A stretch of DNA of 64,000 nucleotides from Clostridia bacterium (GCA_045537895.1 JAZSQI010000012.1:53535-117534); one strand, 5' to 3'; positions 38,556-48,473 are shown, counted from the first letter of the stretch. Translations and numbers: made by a program. The notes: a model not told the origin generated them from the sequence alone.

Positions 38556-40382
38556 TTAATTCGTACTTTGCATATCAGCATATGGATCTACTACAGGAGG
38601 TGTATCTTCGTTTCCTGGATTATCTTCTGATTCATTTCCATTTTCAGAGCCATTACCTGTATTATTTTCTTCTCCTTTGTTTTCAGTGTTTTCATCTGAT
38701 TTATCATCATCTGAACCATCATTATCACCTTCGGTAATATCTTCTTTTTTCACTACTTCTTCATCCTTAGGATCTTCTACTACTACTTCTTCTTTCGGCT
38801 CTTCTACAGGTGCTGCCTGAATTTCTGCTTGAGTAGGAACATAAACATTTCCTGTAACTGATTCATATGATGCTTCTAATATTTCACCTGCTATTACGGC
38901 ATCAATTTTAGAAATAGCATCATTTATTGAGTTTTGGCTTGGATACATTACATATAAAAGCTGACTTCCACCACTATATGTAGATGCCCTACCATCTCCA
39001 CCTGTTAAACTAATTGTAGAAACATTCCATGAAGGCATTTTAGAAATTTGTAATTTAACAAGTTCCATCATCTTACTTGTTTCCATGTTAGTTTGGAATT
39101 TATTAGATAATGATTTTAATAATGTATCAAACTTAGTAATTATAGATGGTTTTGACGCTTGTTTAATTATACCATTAATAACTGCTTGCTGGTTTTTACC
39201 ACGCATTCTATCTCCATCTAAGAAAGATTTTCTCTCTCTCGCAAATTCTAATGCTTGCTCACCATTCATACGATTATATCCTTTTACAAAATGATAATTT
39301 TTGCCATATGAATTAAATGTGTGTTCAGAATATACTTCTATACCACCAATTGCATCTACTATATCTTCAAGAGATGTAAAATTAACTTTAAAATAGTAGT
39401 TTATGTCCAAATCTAACAGATCTTCTATCGTTTTTACTGACATTTCTACTCCATACATTCCTGCATGAGTTAATTTATCTCTTTTTCCATATGTACCATG
39501 TAATTGTACATAGTAGTCTCTTGGTATATTTACAAGAAGTACTTGATATGTTTTAGGATTAATTACAGCAACTATATTAACATCACTTCTTGATACAGAG
39601 GAAATCGTTCCATATGTATCTATTCCACTAATATATACTGCAAATGTTTCAGATGTAACCTGAGCATCTTTAGCTATTGTTTGTACGTCAACATCTATAG
39701 AATATGTATGTATTACTTTGGTTTTATCTGTAAATGTTTCTAATTCTTCATCAAGAAGTAGTTTTTGTGAATCTTCTAAAATTACAGCATCGACTCCTGA
39801 TGAAAGAAGTGTTTTACCAACTGAAAATACATCCTCACTACTTACAGCGCTCACTTTTACCTTTTCTTTTAATTTTTCAACTGCAACCTCTGAGTTATCT
39901 AAGCCACTACTATAATATTCAACTACTTTTCCTTCTAAGTCTTTAACTTTATTGTACTGACTATCTTTTAAGACAATAACAGAATAATTCTGTTTTTTAG
40001 TGTTAGTTGTTTCTGTGATTTTTTCTATAAAGCTATATGTTCTTAAGCCATATATAATTATAGCTAATTGTCCTGCTATAAATAGTGTTTGTAGTATATT
40101 TATTACATTTCTTGTTTTTTTACCTTTTCTATTTTTAAGTAATATTATTACAAATGTTGTATTTAATAGTAATAGTCCCAATACTAAAGCTATCATATAT
40201 TTAAATGGTAATATTCCTATTTTTATCATTATAATTACAAGAGCAATTGACATTCCTATTGTAATTAATGAAATAATTAAACTAATTAATTTCCTAATAT
40301 CTATATTTGTTTTTCTAGTCTTTTTTTCATTAAGACCCTCTTTTTCATTTGTTTTTACGTTACCTTTTCTCACTTTAACCAC
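38556..40382 (-). CDS. LCP (LytR-CpsA-Psr) family cell-envelope phosphotransferase with N-terminal membrane/extension and acidic Gly/Asn-rich C-terminal tail
   Basis: TM region near the N-terminus. The LCP core (…VNIVAVINPKTYQVLLVNIPRDYYV…) is followed by a low-complexity acidic tail of about 100 aa. Confidence 0.65.
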   Translation of the reverse strand: MVKVRKGNVKTNEKEGLNEKKTRKTNIDIRKLISLIISLITIGMSIALVIIMIKIGILPFKYMIALVLGLLLLNTTFVIILLKNRKGKKTRNVINILQTLFIAGQLAIIIYGLRTYSFIEKITETTNTKKQNYSVIVLKDSQYNKVKDLEGKVVEYYSSGLDNSEVAVEKLKEKVKVSAVSSEDVFSVGKTLLSSGVDAVILEDSQKLLLDEELETFTDKTKVIHTYSIDVDVQTIAKDAQVTSETFAVYISGIDTYGTISSVSRSDVNIVAVINPKTYQVLLVNIPRDYYVQLHGTYGKRDKLTHAGMYGVEMSVKTIEDLLDLDINYYFKVNFTSLEDIVDAIGGIEVYSEHTFNSYGKNYHFVKGYNRMNGEQALEFARERKSFLDGDRMRGKNQQAVINGIIKQASKPSIITKFDTLLKSLSNKFQTNMETSKMMELVKLQISKMPSWNVSTISLTGGDGRASTYSGGSQLLYVMYPSQNSINDAISKIDAVIAGEILEASYESVTGNVYVPTQAEIQAAPVEEPKEEVVVEDPKDEEVVKKEDITEGDNDGSDDDKSDENTENKGEENNTGNGSENGNESEDNPGNEDTPPVVDPYADMQSTN

Positions 40383-40415
40383 CTTTACATTATACTAAAT
40401 TTACTTATCTAATTA

Positions 40416-42209
40416 TTATTGAACATTGATTGTTTTTTGAATCTCATCATTAAACATTTGCGCTAAATCATTTACATTCATAACGCCTTTATCTTCACCA
40501 GTTCTAGTTTTAACAGCAAGTTCCTCGTTTTCCATTTCTTTATCTCCAACAACTAGCATATATGGAACTTTATCTAATCTTGATTCTCTTATTTTATAGC
40601 CAATCTTCTCATTTCTATCGTCAACTTCTACTCTAAATCCAGCTCTTGTTAGTTTTTCAGCAACTTTATGTGCGTAATCACTATGTGCTTCAGCTATAGT
40701 TAAAATTTTGGCTTGTGTTGGCGCAATCCAAAGAGGCATAGCTCCTGCATATTTTTCTATAAGAAGTGCTAGAGTTCTTTCATAACAGCCTATTGAAGTT
40801 CTATGTATAATACATGGAGTTTTCTTTTCCCCATCTTTATCTACGTATTCCATTCCAAATTGAGCTGCTAAAAGTTGATCTATTTGTATAGTTATTAATG
40901 TGTCTTCTTTACCAAATACGTTCTTGATTTGAATATCCAATTTTGGTCCATAAAAGGCTGCTTCGCCTATTCCTTCTTTATAATCAAGACCTAAATTATC
41001 AAGTATCTTTTTCATCATGCCTTGAGCTTCATCCCATTGCTCTTCGGTTCCGATATACTTTTCTCTGTCGTTTGGATCCCATTTTGAAAATCTATATGAC
41101 ACGTCCTCATATAATCCTAAACATTTAAGCATATATATTGCAAGCTCTAAACAATTTTTAAACTCACCTTCTAATTGTTCAGGTGTGCATATTAAGTCCC
41201 CTTCTGAAATTGTGAACTGTCTTACTCTAATTAATCCATGCATTTCTCCAGAAGCTTCATTTCTAAATAACGTTGAAGTTTCGTTAAGTCTCATTGGAAG
41301 ATCTCTATAACTTCTTCCTCTATTTAAAAATACTTGGTATTGGAAAGGACAAGTCATAGGTCTAAGCGCAAAAACTTCTTCATCTTTATTTTCATCACCT
41401 AATATAAACATACCATCTTTATAATGGTCCCAATGTCCTGATATTTTATACAAATCAGATTTTGCCATAAAAGGAGTTTTTGTAAGTTGCCATCCCCATC
41501 TACTTTCAGTATCTTCAACAAATCTTTGTAACAATTGAATTACTTTAGCTCCCTTTGGAAGTAGTATTGGAAGACCTTGTCCTATGTAATCTACTGTTGT
41601 AAAATATTCAAGTTCTCTACCTAGTTTATTATGATCTCTTTTTTTTGCATCTTCTAATTTTTCTATATAATCTGTAACTTCTTTTTCAGTTTCAAAACAT
41701 ATTCCATAAATTCTTGTAAGCATTTTATTATTTTCTGAGCCTTTCCAGTATGCTCCTGTAGCTGATAAAAGTTTAACTGCTCCTATATCTTTTGCATTTA
41801 ATACATGTGGACCAACACACATATCAACAAAATTATCATTCTCAAAGAAGCTTATTTCTGATTCATCATCTAACTCTTCAATCATTTCTAATTTATATGG
41901 TTCGTCCTGCATCTTTTTCTTTGCATCTTCTTTAGACAAAACATAACTTCTTACAACTTTATTTTGTCCTAAAATATTTTTCATTACATTTTCGATTTTT
42001 CTTAAATCTTCATTTTTAATATTTAAATTATCAAAATCATAATAGAAACCATTTTCGATAGCTGGTCCTATTGCAAGTTTTGCTTCTGGGTATAATCTTT
42101 TTATTGCTTCTGCAAGTATATGAGAAGCACTATGTCTTACGATATTAAGATTTTCATTATACTCTACTTCGCTAATATTTCCATGTTTATCTATAATTTT
42201 TATACTCAT
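40416..42209 (-). CDS. thrS: Threonyl-tRNA synthetase
   Basis: 597 aa with a second-additional-domain motif (RHSASHILAEA), class II catalytic core and C-terminal anticodon-binding domain. Confidence 0.92.
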   Translation of the reverse strand: MSIKIIDKHGNISEVEYNENLNIVRHSASHILAEAIKRLYPEAKLAIGPAIENGFYYDFDNLNIKNEDLRKIENVMKNILGQNKVVRSYVLSKEDAKKKMQDEPYKLEMIEELDDESEISFFENDNFVDMCVGPHVLNAKDIGAVKLLSATGAYWKGSENNKMLTRIYGICFETEKEVTDYIEKLEDAKKRDHNKLGRELEYFTTVDYIGQGLPILLPKGAKVIQLLQRFVEDTESRWGWQLTKTPFMAKSDLYKISGHWDHYKDGMFILGDENKDEEVFALRPMTCPFQYQVFLNRGRSYRDLPMRLNETSTLFRNEASGEMHGLIRVRQFTISEGDLICTPEQLEGEFKNCLELAIYMLKCLGLYEDVSYRFSKWDPNDREKYIGTEEQWDEAQGMMKKILDNLGLDYKEGIGEAAFYGPKLDIQIKNVFGKEDTLITIQIDQLLAAQFGMEYVDKDGEKKTPCIIHRTSIGCYERTLALLIEKYAGAMPLWIAPTQAKILTIAEAHSDYAHKVAEKLTRAGFRVEVDDRNEKIGYKIRESRLDKVPYMLVVGDKEMENEELAVKTRTGEDKGVMNVNDLAQMFNDEIQKTINVQ

Positions 42210-42220
42210 TTTTTTCCTCC

Positions 42221-43105
42221 TTATTTAATATTAAATTTATATCCTATTACTTCGTAATATTTACCATTTTTAAATTCTAAAACAGAATATTTCATTGTAG
42301 TTTCTCTAGCTTCTTGAAGCACAATTTCATATTTATTATCATAATTTAAATCACACGCGAATTTAATTGAATATACCGGCCAATTTACTGAACTTTCAGT
42401 GTTTTTTACATATGAATATTTTATAATTTTGGCTTTTCCTGCCTTAACAGCAACTACTACACTATATACTCCTAATTTATTATCACCTTGTGATGTTGCA
42501 GTTATAATTCTTGTTTTTTGGTCTGTTGTCAAAAAGGCCTCATATACTTCATTTATCTTAACTGTATTATTAAGCAGTTTGTATTTGCCTAAAGCTTTCT
42601 TTACATACTTTTCATCACTTTCTGACGGCTTAATCTTAGTTAACCCTCTTGGCATAATATTAGTATCAGATTTTACTGTAGCTATGTACTCCTCTTCCAT
42701 TATATTTTTTAAAGGAACTGCATAGGTCACTTCTTTTTCTTTATCCTCAGAAACAGAATAAATTTCATAGGTACCCATTTTACCAGATATATTATACATA
42801 TCTATTTCCATGCCCTTAGTTATATTTGTCTTTCCATAAATATTATCTTTACTAATCCATTTACCTTTATCAGATACTCCACCTACTACTACGTTATTTA
42901 TAATAATAGGAGAAACAGAAGTTACATCTTCGCTTTTAATTTTATTAGATGCATTATCTATATGCTCAACTGTTATATAATTTTGAGTATATATATATAT
43001 TAAAAACACACCCGATAATACTAGTAAAGTAATAAGAATTATTATTAAAGGAATAACCTTTTTATTAACATTTTTTTTGTTTGATTTTTTCATATACCTT
43101 GCCAC
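42221..43105 (-). CDS. Membrane-anchored hypothetical protein (N-terminal TM, extracytoplasmic beta-rich domain)
   Basis: 294 aa. Lies in an apparent operon between queH and thrS, with an 11 nt gap to thrS. Confidence 0.5.
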   Translation of the reverse strand: MARYMKKSNKKNVNKKVIPLIIILITLLVLSGVFLIYIYTQNYITVEHIDNASNKIKSEDVTSVSPIIINNVVVGGVSDKGKWISKDNIYGKTNITKGMEIDMYNISGKMGTYEIYSVSEDKEKEVTYAVPLKNIMEEEYIATVKSDTNIMPRGLTKIKPSESDEKYVKKALGKYKLLNNTVKINEVYEAFLTTDQKTRIITATSQGDNKLGVYSVVVAVKAGKAKIIKYSYVKNTESSVNWPVYSIKFACDLNYDNKYEIVLQEARETTMKYSVLEFKNGKYYEVIGYKFNIK

Positions 43106-43656
43106 CTACCTTCATCAATTGAATATATACATCCACAATATTTTTGTCTATAAAGTCCTAACTCTCTTGCCTTGTTTTGACCTTCTCTAAAAAGAGGTCT
43201 ATAATCTTTATACATAAACTTTACTTTATATTTTTCTGCCAGCATCTCACAAACAGTAATAATTAAATCATGTTTTTGATAAGGACTTATTAGAAGAGTT
43301 GTTGTTACGTGTGTATAACCGTTATTTTTAGCATATTCAAATACCTTTTCAAGTCTTGATATATAGCAATATTCACAACGAACTTTAAAACCTAATTTAT
43401 CTAAATTAACTGCATCAAATATAAATTTATTCATATCATATTCATCAAACAGTATTGGATTTTTTCCCATATCTTTTACATATGATATATATGTCTGTTT
43501 TCTTTTTTCATATTCTACTTTAGGATGAATATTTGTGTTATACCAAATGGTATCAAAGTCATCAATATTCATTTCATTCATGTTTTGAATAGTATCATCA
43601 TACACTGCTACTAAACATGGAGCGCAACATGCATGAATAAGTAATCTATTCTTCAT
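43090..43656 (-). CDS. queH: Epoxyqueuosine reductase QueH (DUF208)
   Basis: N-terminal [10 protein letters not shown] and a later CEYC...C Cys cluster characteristic of QueH. 188 aa. Confidence 0.8.
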   Translation of the reverse strand: MKNRLLIHACCAPCLVAVYDDTIQNMNEMNIDDFDTIWYNTNIHPKVEYEKRKQTYISYVKDMGKNPILFDEYDMNKFIFDAVNLDKLGFKVRCEYCYISRLEKVFEYAKNNGYTHVTTTLLISPYQKHDLIITVCEMLAEKYKVKFMYKDYRPLFREGQNKARELGLYRQKYCGCIYSIDEGRWQGI

Positions 43657-44653
43657 ATTTTACCCCCAAATGCTCATAAGCAAGTTTTGTTGCTATTCTA
43701 CCCCTAGGGGTTCGATTAACAAATCCAATTTGCATCAAATATGGTTCATATACATCCTCAATTGTATCTTTGTCTTCTCCAATCGCTGCAGCCATTGCCT
43801 CTAGTCCAACAGGCTTGCCACCAAATTTATCAATCATTGTGGTCAATATTTTTCTATCAATATCATCTAGACCATATTCATCTATTTCTAATCTATTTAA
43901 TGCGTTGTGAGCAATTGTGTACGTTATACTATCGCTATTTTCATTAGTTGCAAAATCCCTAACTCTTTTTAATAATCTATTAGCAATTCTAGGTGTTCCT
44001 CTACTTCTTGCACCTATTTCAAGTGCTGCTTTATGATCTATTTCTATATCAAGTATTTTTGCACTTCTCTCTATTATTGTTGCAAGTTCTTTTTCATTAT
44101 ACATACTAAGTCTATGTATAATTCCAAACCTATCACGAAGTGGTCCTGAAAGTGAGCCTGCTTTTGTAGTTGCTCCTATTAAAGTAAATTTTGGTAAATC
44201 GATTCTAATAGAACGAGCTGAAGGACCTTTTCCAATCATTATATCAAGATTAAAATCTTCTAAAGCAGGATACAGAACTTCTTCAACACTTTTCTTTAAC
44301 CTATGTATTTCATCAATAAAAAGCAAATCATTTTCTTCAAGGTTGGTTAAAATAGCAGCTAAATCACCTGGTTTTTCTATGGCAGGTCCTGATGTTACTT
44401 TTATACTAACACCCATTTCTTTTGCTATGATACTAGCAAGGGTAGTCTTTCCAAGACCTGGAGGGCCATATAAAAGCACATGATCTAATGCTTCTTTTCT
44501 AGACAATGCTGCATCTATATATATTTTCATATTCTCCTTAACCTTAGTTTGTCCAATATATTCTGGAAAAGTTTGAGGTCTAAGATTTATTTCTACTTCT
44601 GGTATATCTATCTCCTCATCATATTCAGGAGATATTACTCTATCTTCAATCAT
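43646..44653 (-). CDS. ruvB: Holliday junction branch-migration helicase RuvB
   Basis: Walker [10 protein letters not shown], sensor motifs and C-terminal winged helix. 335 aa. Confidence 0.95.
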   Translation of the reverse strand: MIEDRVISPEYDEEIDIPEVEINLRPQTFPEYIGQTKVKENMKIYIDAALSRKEALDHVLLYGPPGLGKTTLASIIAKEMGVSIKVTSGPAIEKPGDLAAILTNLEENDLLFIDEIHRLKKSVEEVLYPALEDFNLDIMIGKGPSARSIRIDLPKFTLIGATTKAGSLSGPLRDRFGIIHRLSMYNEKELATIIERSAKILDIEIDHKAALEIGARSRGTPRIANRLLKRVRDFATNENSDSITYTIAHNALNRLEIDEYGLDDIDRKILTTMIDKFGGKPVGLEAMAAAIGEDKDTIEDVYEPYLMQIGFVNRTPRGRIATKLAYEHLGVKYEE

Positions 44654-44680
44654 TATTTTCTCCTTAAATTTAACATATAA

Positions 44681-44710
44681 ATTATACCACTAAATATATA
44701 GTAAATGCAA
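44681..44710 (-). promoter_or_regulatory. Sigma-A-like promoter for ruvB (TTGCAT-18-TATAAT on the minus strand)
   Basis: Reverse complement reads ttgcatttactatatatttagtggtataat, about 27 nt upstream of the ruvB ATG. Confidence 0.45.
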
Positions 44711-44745
44711 CTAAAAATAGCCAGTTGCTGTATTTTTTGCAAGTA

Positions 44746-44774
44746 TTGAAAAAAGCTGGGTTTTATGGTATAAT
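44746..44774 (+). promoter_or_regulatory. Sigma-A-like promoter TTGAAA-17-TATAAT for the plus-strand small membrane-protein genes
   Basis: Consensus match about 85 nt upstream of 44859. Confidence 0.5.
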
Positions 44775-44858
44775 ATTTATAGTTGATTTATTTTATTATT
44801 CGCTAAATAGCGTTATATATATATTACATAATTATTTATATTTTAGGAGGAGTTTTAT

Positions 44859-45305
44859 ATGTCTTTACGGGAGAAATTAAAAAAGGTAGAAAATGTACTT
44901 GGAACCATTACTGTGATTTCATTAATTGTTTTTATTGTTCAACATATAATTTTTGAAAACACATTAGTATCGTACATCCTGTTTTTTGCACTTGCTATAG
45001 TTGGATTTACCGGTATAAGTATTGATTCTTATTTGTATTATTCAGGATTAGGCGCAAACAAAACAAAAATTAGTCAATTATGGTTAGCTTACAAATTTGA
45101 AGTTTCAATTTATGTGACAACGCTTATATTTTACACCATAACTCATTTTATAGATAATACCACAATTAATATTATCTTTACATGCCTTCTGATATTAGAA
45201 GCACTAACATCATATTTTTTATCACATTTTGCAAAAGATAAACATAATCAAGTCACAAAAATAGTTTTAATTATTTTTTGGCTAATTGCAATTATTTTAC
45301 AATAA
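44859..45305 (+). CDS. Small hydrophobic membrane protein (about 4 TM)
   Basis: 148 aa, GGAGG RBS. Confidence 0.55.
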   Translation: MSLREKLKKVENVLGTITVISLIVFIVQHIIFENTLVSYILFFALAIVGFTGISIDSYLYYSGLGANKTKISQLWLAYKFEVSIYVTTLIFYTITHFIDNTTINIIFTCLLILEALTSYFLSHFAKDKHNQVTKIVLIIFWLIAIILQ

Positions 45306-45318
45306 GGAGAAATTTAAC

Positions 45319-45570
45319 ATGAATAAAACCACAAGACAAAGATTAAGCCTAATTTTTATACAATCAGCCTCAATAACTTTAATGGTACTTCTTTTAATAT
45401 TTAGCATATTAATATTTCCTATAGGCTTTTTAAAGTTAATTAATGCTATTATACTATTACTATCTGTTTTAAGATTCATATTAATGAAAAAACTCGGCTA
45501 CAAGTTTTCTATATTTTATTGTATATTAACAATGATGTATGCTTTAAACTTTATTCTCTTATTTAGATAA
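45319..45570 (+). CDS. Small hydrophobic membrane protein (about 3 TM)
   Basis: ATG at 45319 with an AAGGAG RBS; the table's 45286 start overlaps the previous gene. Confidence 0.5.
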   Translation: MNKTTRQRLSLIFIQSASITLMVLLLIFSILIFPIGFLKLINAIILLLSVLRFILMKKLGYKFSIFYCILTMMYALNFILLFR

Positions 45571-45574
45571 GAAA

Positions 45575-45617
45575 AAGCACTATTAAACTTAATTGTTTAA
45601 TAGTGCTTGTCTTTTAT
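45575..45617. terminator. Bidirectional terminator (aagcactattaaac/gtttaatagtgctt, 14 bp stem)
   Basis: Lies between the convergent membrane-protein operon and the AAA+ protease gene. Confidence 0.7.
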
Positions 45618-47659
45618 TCAGCTATAAACTGATCTAACTCTTCAGAAGTAACAATTTTGTTTTTCAGAAGGTATTTTGCCATCTTATCTACTTCATCCCA
45701 ATGCAGATTAATAAATTCTTCTGTTTTTGTGTACAGCTTCTTTATAAGATTATTTGCTTTTTCATCAATCTTATTTGCAAGCTGTTCATTAAACAAATCA
45801 TCATCTAAAAGGTAGATATTTCTAAATTCATCAGAATCATCCATACCGTTCTCTGCTATAAGATCTTTTGCATATGCCTTTGCCTTTTTAAGATCAGATC
45901 TTGCACCAGAATTTATTCGTTTAGAAACCTTTTCTTGTGCAACCCTTCCTGCAAGAAGTGACATTATTCGCGCCTCAGAAAATTCTTTATCTGCAGATAC
46001 AAAACTATCTTTTTCTTCGAGAATATTTACTCCTAAGAAGCCATCACCGGGAATGATTGATATAGCTTTTACATCATATGCTTCTCTTTCTTTTGTAAGC
46101 CTGTTAACAACGTAATGTCCTATTTCATGATACGCAATATCTCTTGCGTCATTTTTAGATATAATATTATGATGCTCAAAGTATTCCTCATACACCTTAT
46201 TTATATCCGCCTTTGTAACCCTCTTTTTATTTTGCATCTTCGATATTGCCATGCTTCTGTCACAAAGGTCCAAAGTTTTATCAGGATTACATGTATCATG
46301 GTTAAAGCAATTAGAGCAAAGAATGATATAATCTAAAAGCTTCTCTGGAAGTTTAACATTATGGTATTCTTCCATTTTCTTAATTTTAGCTTTTATCATC
46401 GGTTTTATCTCGTTATTCTTAGGCTCTCTTACATTGATAACTTCAAACCTTCTTTTAAAAGCGCCATCTCTTGATAAAATCTGTTCATATTCTTTTATCG
46501 TTGTAGCCCCTACAAAAACAACATCATCTCTTGAAAGTATTGGCTTGAGTGAGCCACTTAAATCAACTGTTCCCTCAGAAGTACTACCTGCTCCAAGCAT
46601 TTGATGCATTTCATCAACAAATAAAATGATTTTGGAAGTTCCCTCCAAGAATTTCTTAAGTATTGCAACTTTTGTTTCAAACTCTCCTCTATACTTGGTG
46701 CCTGCAACCATTGAGTTTACATCCAAAGATAAAACCGTATACCCTATAAATTCTTTAGGACATGTTTCATTTACAATTGACTGAGTAATTGCCTCTATTA
46801 TTGCTGTTTTACCTACACCTGGTTCACCAACTAGAACGCAGTTTCGTTTTGTCTTCTTACAAAAAACGTTGAATGCCTTAAAAATTTCTTTGTCTCTTCC
46901 AAGTATTGTACATTCTTCGCCTTTCTCATACTTTGTATTAACGTTTTCAAGACATGTTTCAAGTGATGATGGTATAGCTAGGCAGAAGCTATTACTTCCG
47001 TCAAAATCAACAATGTTAGCACTTATTTTTAAGCTTTGTATAAACTCATCAATATCAAGTTCAATACTTTTTAGAATTTCAGACATAAATTTATATGCAC
47101 TTGTTTCTTTATTTTGGAGTATAGAATAAACAAGTGTATCTAAATCAATATAGTCTTTATTCGCAGCTCTAGAAAGTATAAAAGCTTCATCACATGCAAG
47201 TTCAAGTTTATCGGAATAAACAGGTTCGAGAATGTCTACTTCATATGCTTCAGCCATTTCAGAGCCATATTCTGTAGCTAAATCCATTAATGCATCTACA
47301 ACTTTAGCTTTAAAAATTTCTTCTTCACTTTCCTCCTGAGTGAGCTCCTGTTCAAATTCTTCCTCAGCTTCTTGACTGATTTCATTTTGTTCTTCTTCGA
47401 ATAATTTATTTGCTGCATCTTCACCGAATATCTGAGCAAATACTTCTTTATTATTAGCATAATATTTGATGGGTGGTATAAGCCTCATTTCCATATCTAA
47501 AAACGCTTTAGATAAACCACTTTCCTCATCAAACATTGCAGCAAATAACACGTAAGCGCTTCTAATTTTTTGATCGTTAAATAGCCACGCTATGTCGTTT
47601 GCTACCTCAAATGCCTTCCGAAAGTTTCCTGTTACTTTTGCATTTCTCCATTCTAACAT
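45614..47659 (-). CDS. Soluble chimeric AAA+ metalloprotease: ClpA/ClpB-type N-domain repeats plus ClpA D1-type AAA+ module plus FtsH-type M41 zinc-peptidase domain (HEIGH)
   Basis: N-terminal Clp_N-like repeats are split by an acidic linker. The AAA+ block (ILGRDKEI...LVGEPGVGKTAI...LFVDEMH...RRFEV) is collinear with ClpA D1. The C-terminal ~200 aa is collinear with FtsH M41 (AYHEIGHYVV...ISIIPGDGFLGVN...LLAGRVAQE...). No TM helices are present. Confidence 0.7.
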   Translation of the reverse strand: MLEWRNAKVTGNFRKAFEVANDIAWLFNDQKIRSAYVLFAAMFDEESGLSKAFLDMEMRLIPPIKYYANNKEVFAQIFGEDAANKLFEEEQNEISQEAEEEFEQELTQEESEEEIFKAKVVDALMDLATEYGSEMAEAYEVDILEPVYSDKLELACDEAFILSRAANKDYIDLDTLVYSILQNKETSAYKFMSEILKSIELDIDEFIQSLKISANIVDFDGSNSFCLAIPSSLETCLENVNTKYEKGEECTILGRDKEIFKAFNVFCKKTKRNCVLVGEPGVGKTAIIEAITQSIVNETCPKEFIGYTVLSLDVNSMVAGTKYRGEFETKVAILKKFLEGTSKIILFVDEMHQMLGAGSTSEGTVDLSGSLKPILSRDDVVFVGATTIKEYEQILSRDGAFKRRFEVINVREPKNNEIKPMIKAKIKKMEEYHNVKLPEKLLDYIILCSNCFNHDTCNPDKTLDLCDRSMAISKMQNKKRVTKADINKVYEEYFEHHNIISKNDARDIAYHEIGHYVVNRLTKEREAYDVKAISIIPGDGFLGVNILEEKDSFVSADKEFSEARIMSLLAGRVAQEKVSKRINSGARSDLKKAKAYAKDLIAENGMDDSDEFRNIYLLDDDLFNEQLANKIDEKANNLIKKLYTKTEEFINLHWDEVDKMAKYLLKNKIVTSEELDQFIAE

Positions 47660-47783
47660 ATTAATTAATAACCTCCTTTATTTTGTTATTTAACAATAAT
47701 CCTTTCATATATTTATGTACACCAATTATACATACCTAAAACCTAAAAGTCAATAATTAGACATGTTAATATTGATATTCGTA

Positions 47784-47811
47784 ACGAAATTATATTTTTT
47801 CACATATACTA
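47784..47811 (+). promoter_or_regulatory. Possible sigma-K-type sporulation promoter (AC-17-CATATACTA)
   Basis: Matches the mother-cell sigma-K consensus AC-N16-18-CATA---TA, 55 nt upstream of the Cys-rich ORF. Speculative. Confidence 0.25.
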
Positions 47812-47866
47812 TAGTATCTAATGGATTTTTAAACATTAGAAATTATATAGTGTATGGTGGGTTTTT

Positions 47867-48301
47867 ATGTTTCCTAATTGTGTATTAAGAAATTTTTTAT
47901 GGTGTCTACCTTGTAGGTTACCCTACGGTAATGGACATTATGCTACAGGTCCAGAGTTAGTTATATTATCTAACATGATAAGTATTGAACAATGTCTTAC
48001 TAATTTCTCCTGTAATTTACTTGGCTGTTCACCTAAAGCCCCCTGTGTGCTAAATAGCCATAGAAAGGAGAAAATAATAGAAATGTCACAAGGTTATAAT
48101 AATTGGGGTTACAATAATAATTGCTGTCACAAAGAAGAAAAAAATGAATACTTCCCTAAATGCGAATGTTGCTGCTGCAAATACTATGAAAAAAAAGAAG
48201 AACCAAAAAAAGAAGAGCCTAAGAAAGAAAAATGCGCAACAATTAAAGTTTGTATAGAAGAAGATAAAAAAGAAGAAAAAAAAGACAATTGTGGTTGCTA
48301 G
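47867..48301 (+). CDS. Cysteine-rich, Lys/Glu-repeat small protein (possible spore coat/exosporium-type protein); alternative strong-RBS start at 48083
   Basis: 144-codon uninterrupted ORF, improbable by chance in AT-rich DNA. The C-terminal 72 aa have 14 Cys (CC, CCCC) and KKEEPKKEEPKKEK repeats, and AAAGGAG sits 8 nt before the internal ATG at 48083. Confidence 0.5.
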   Translation: MFPNCVLRNFLWCLPCRLPYGNGHYATGPELVILSNMISIEQCLTNFSCNLLGCSPKAPCVLNSHRKEKIIEMSQGYNNWGYNNNCCHKEEKNEYFPKCECCCCKYYEKKEEPKKEEPKKEKCATIKVCIEEDKKEEKKDNCGC

Positions 48302-48444
48302 CTTCAATAAATCTTAAATACAAAGGCATCATATTATGTGCAAACACTTTTGTGTTTGCACTACATACCACCATCTAAATATTATAAATTTATTACATAT
48401 TTATTTCTTATTACCTATTTCACTCTAAGATGTTCCTTTTTTTC

Positions 48445-48473
48445 TTGTGTTTTACGTATAGTTATGCTATACT
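48445..48473 (+). promoter_or_regulatory. Sigma-A-like promoter TTGTGT-17-TATACT upstream of murA
   Basis: Hexamer match with correct spacing about 36 nt before the murA ATG. Confidence 0.4.

Noticed and set aside
47880-48082. GC-richer, hairpin-rich segment upstream of the internal start of the Cys-rich gene, considered as a riboswitch
   Set aside because: No match to riboswitch cores recalled from memory (SAM, TPP, FMN, purine, glycine, c-di-GMP, preQ1, T-box). The segment is an uninterrupted in-frame Cys-rich extension of the ORF, so coding sequence is the simpler explanation.
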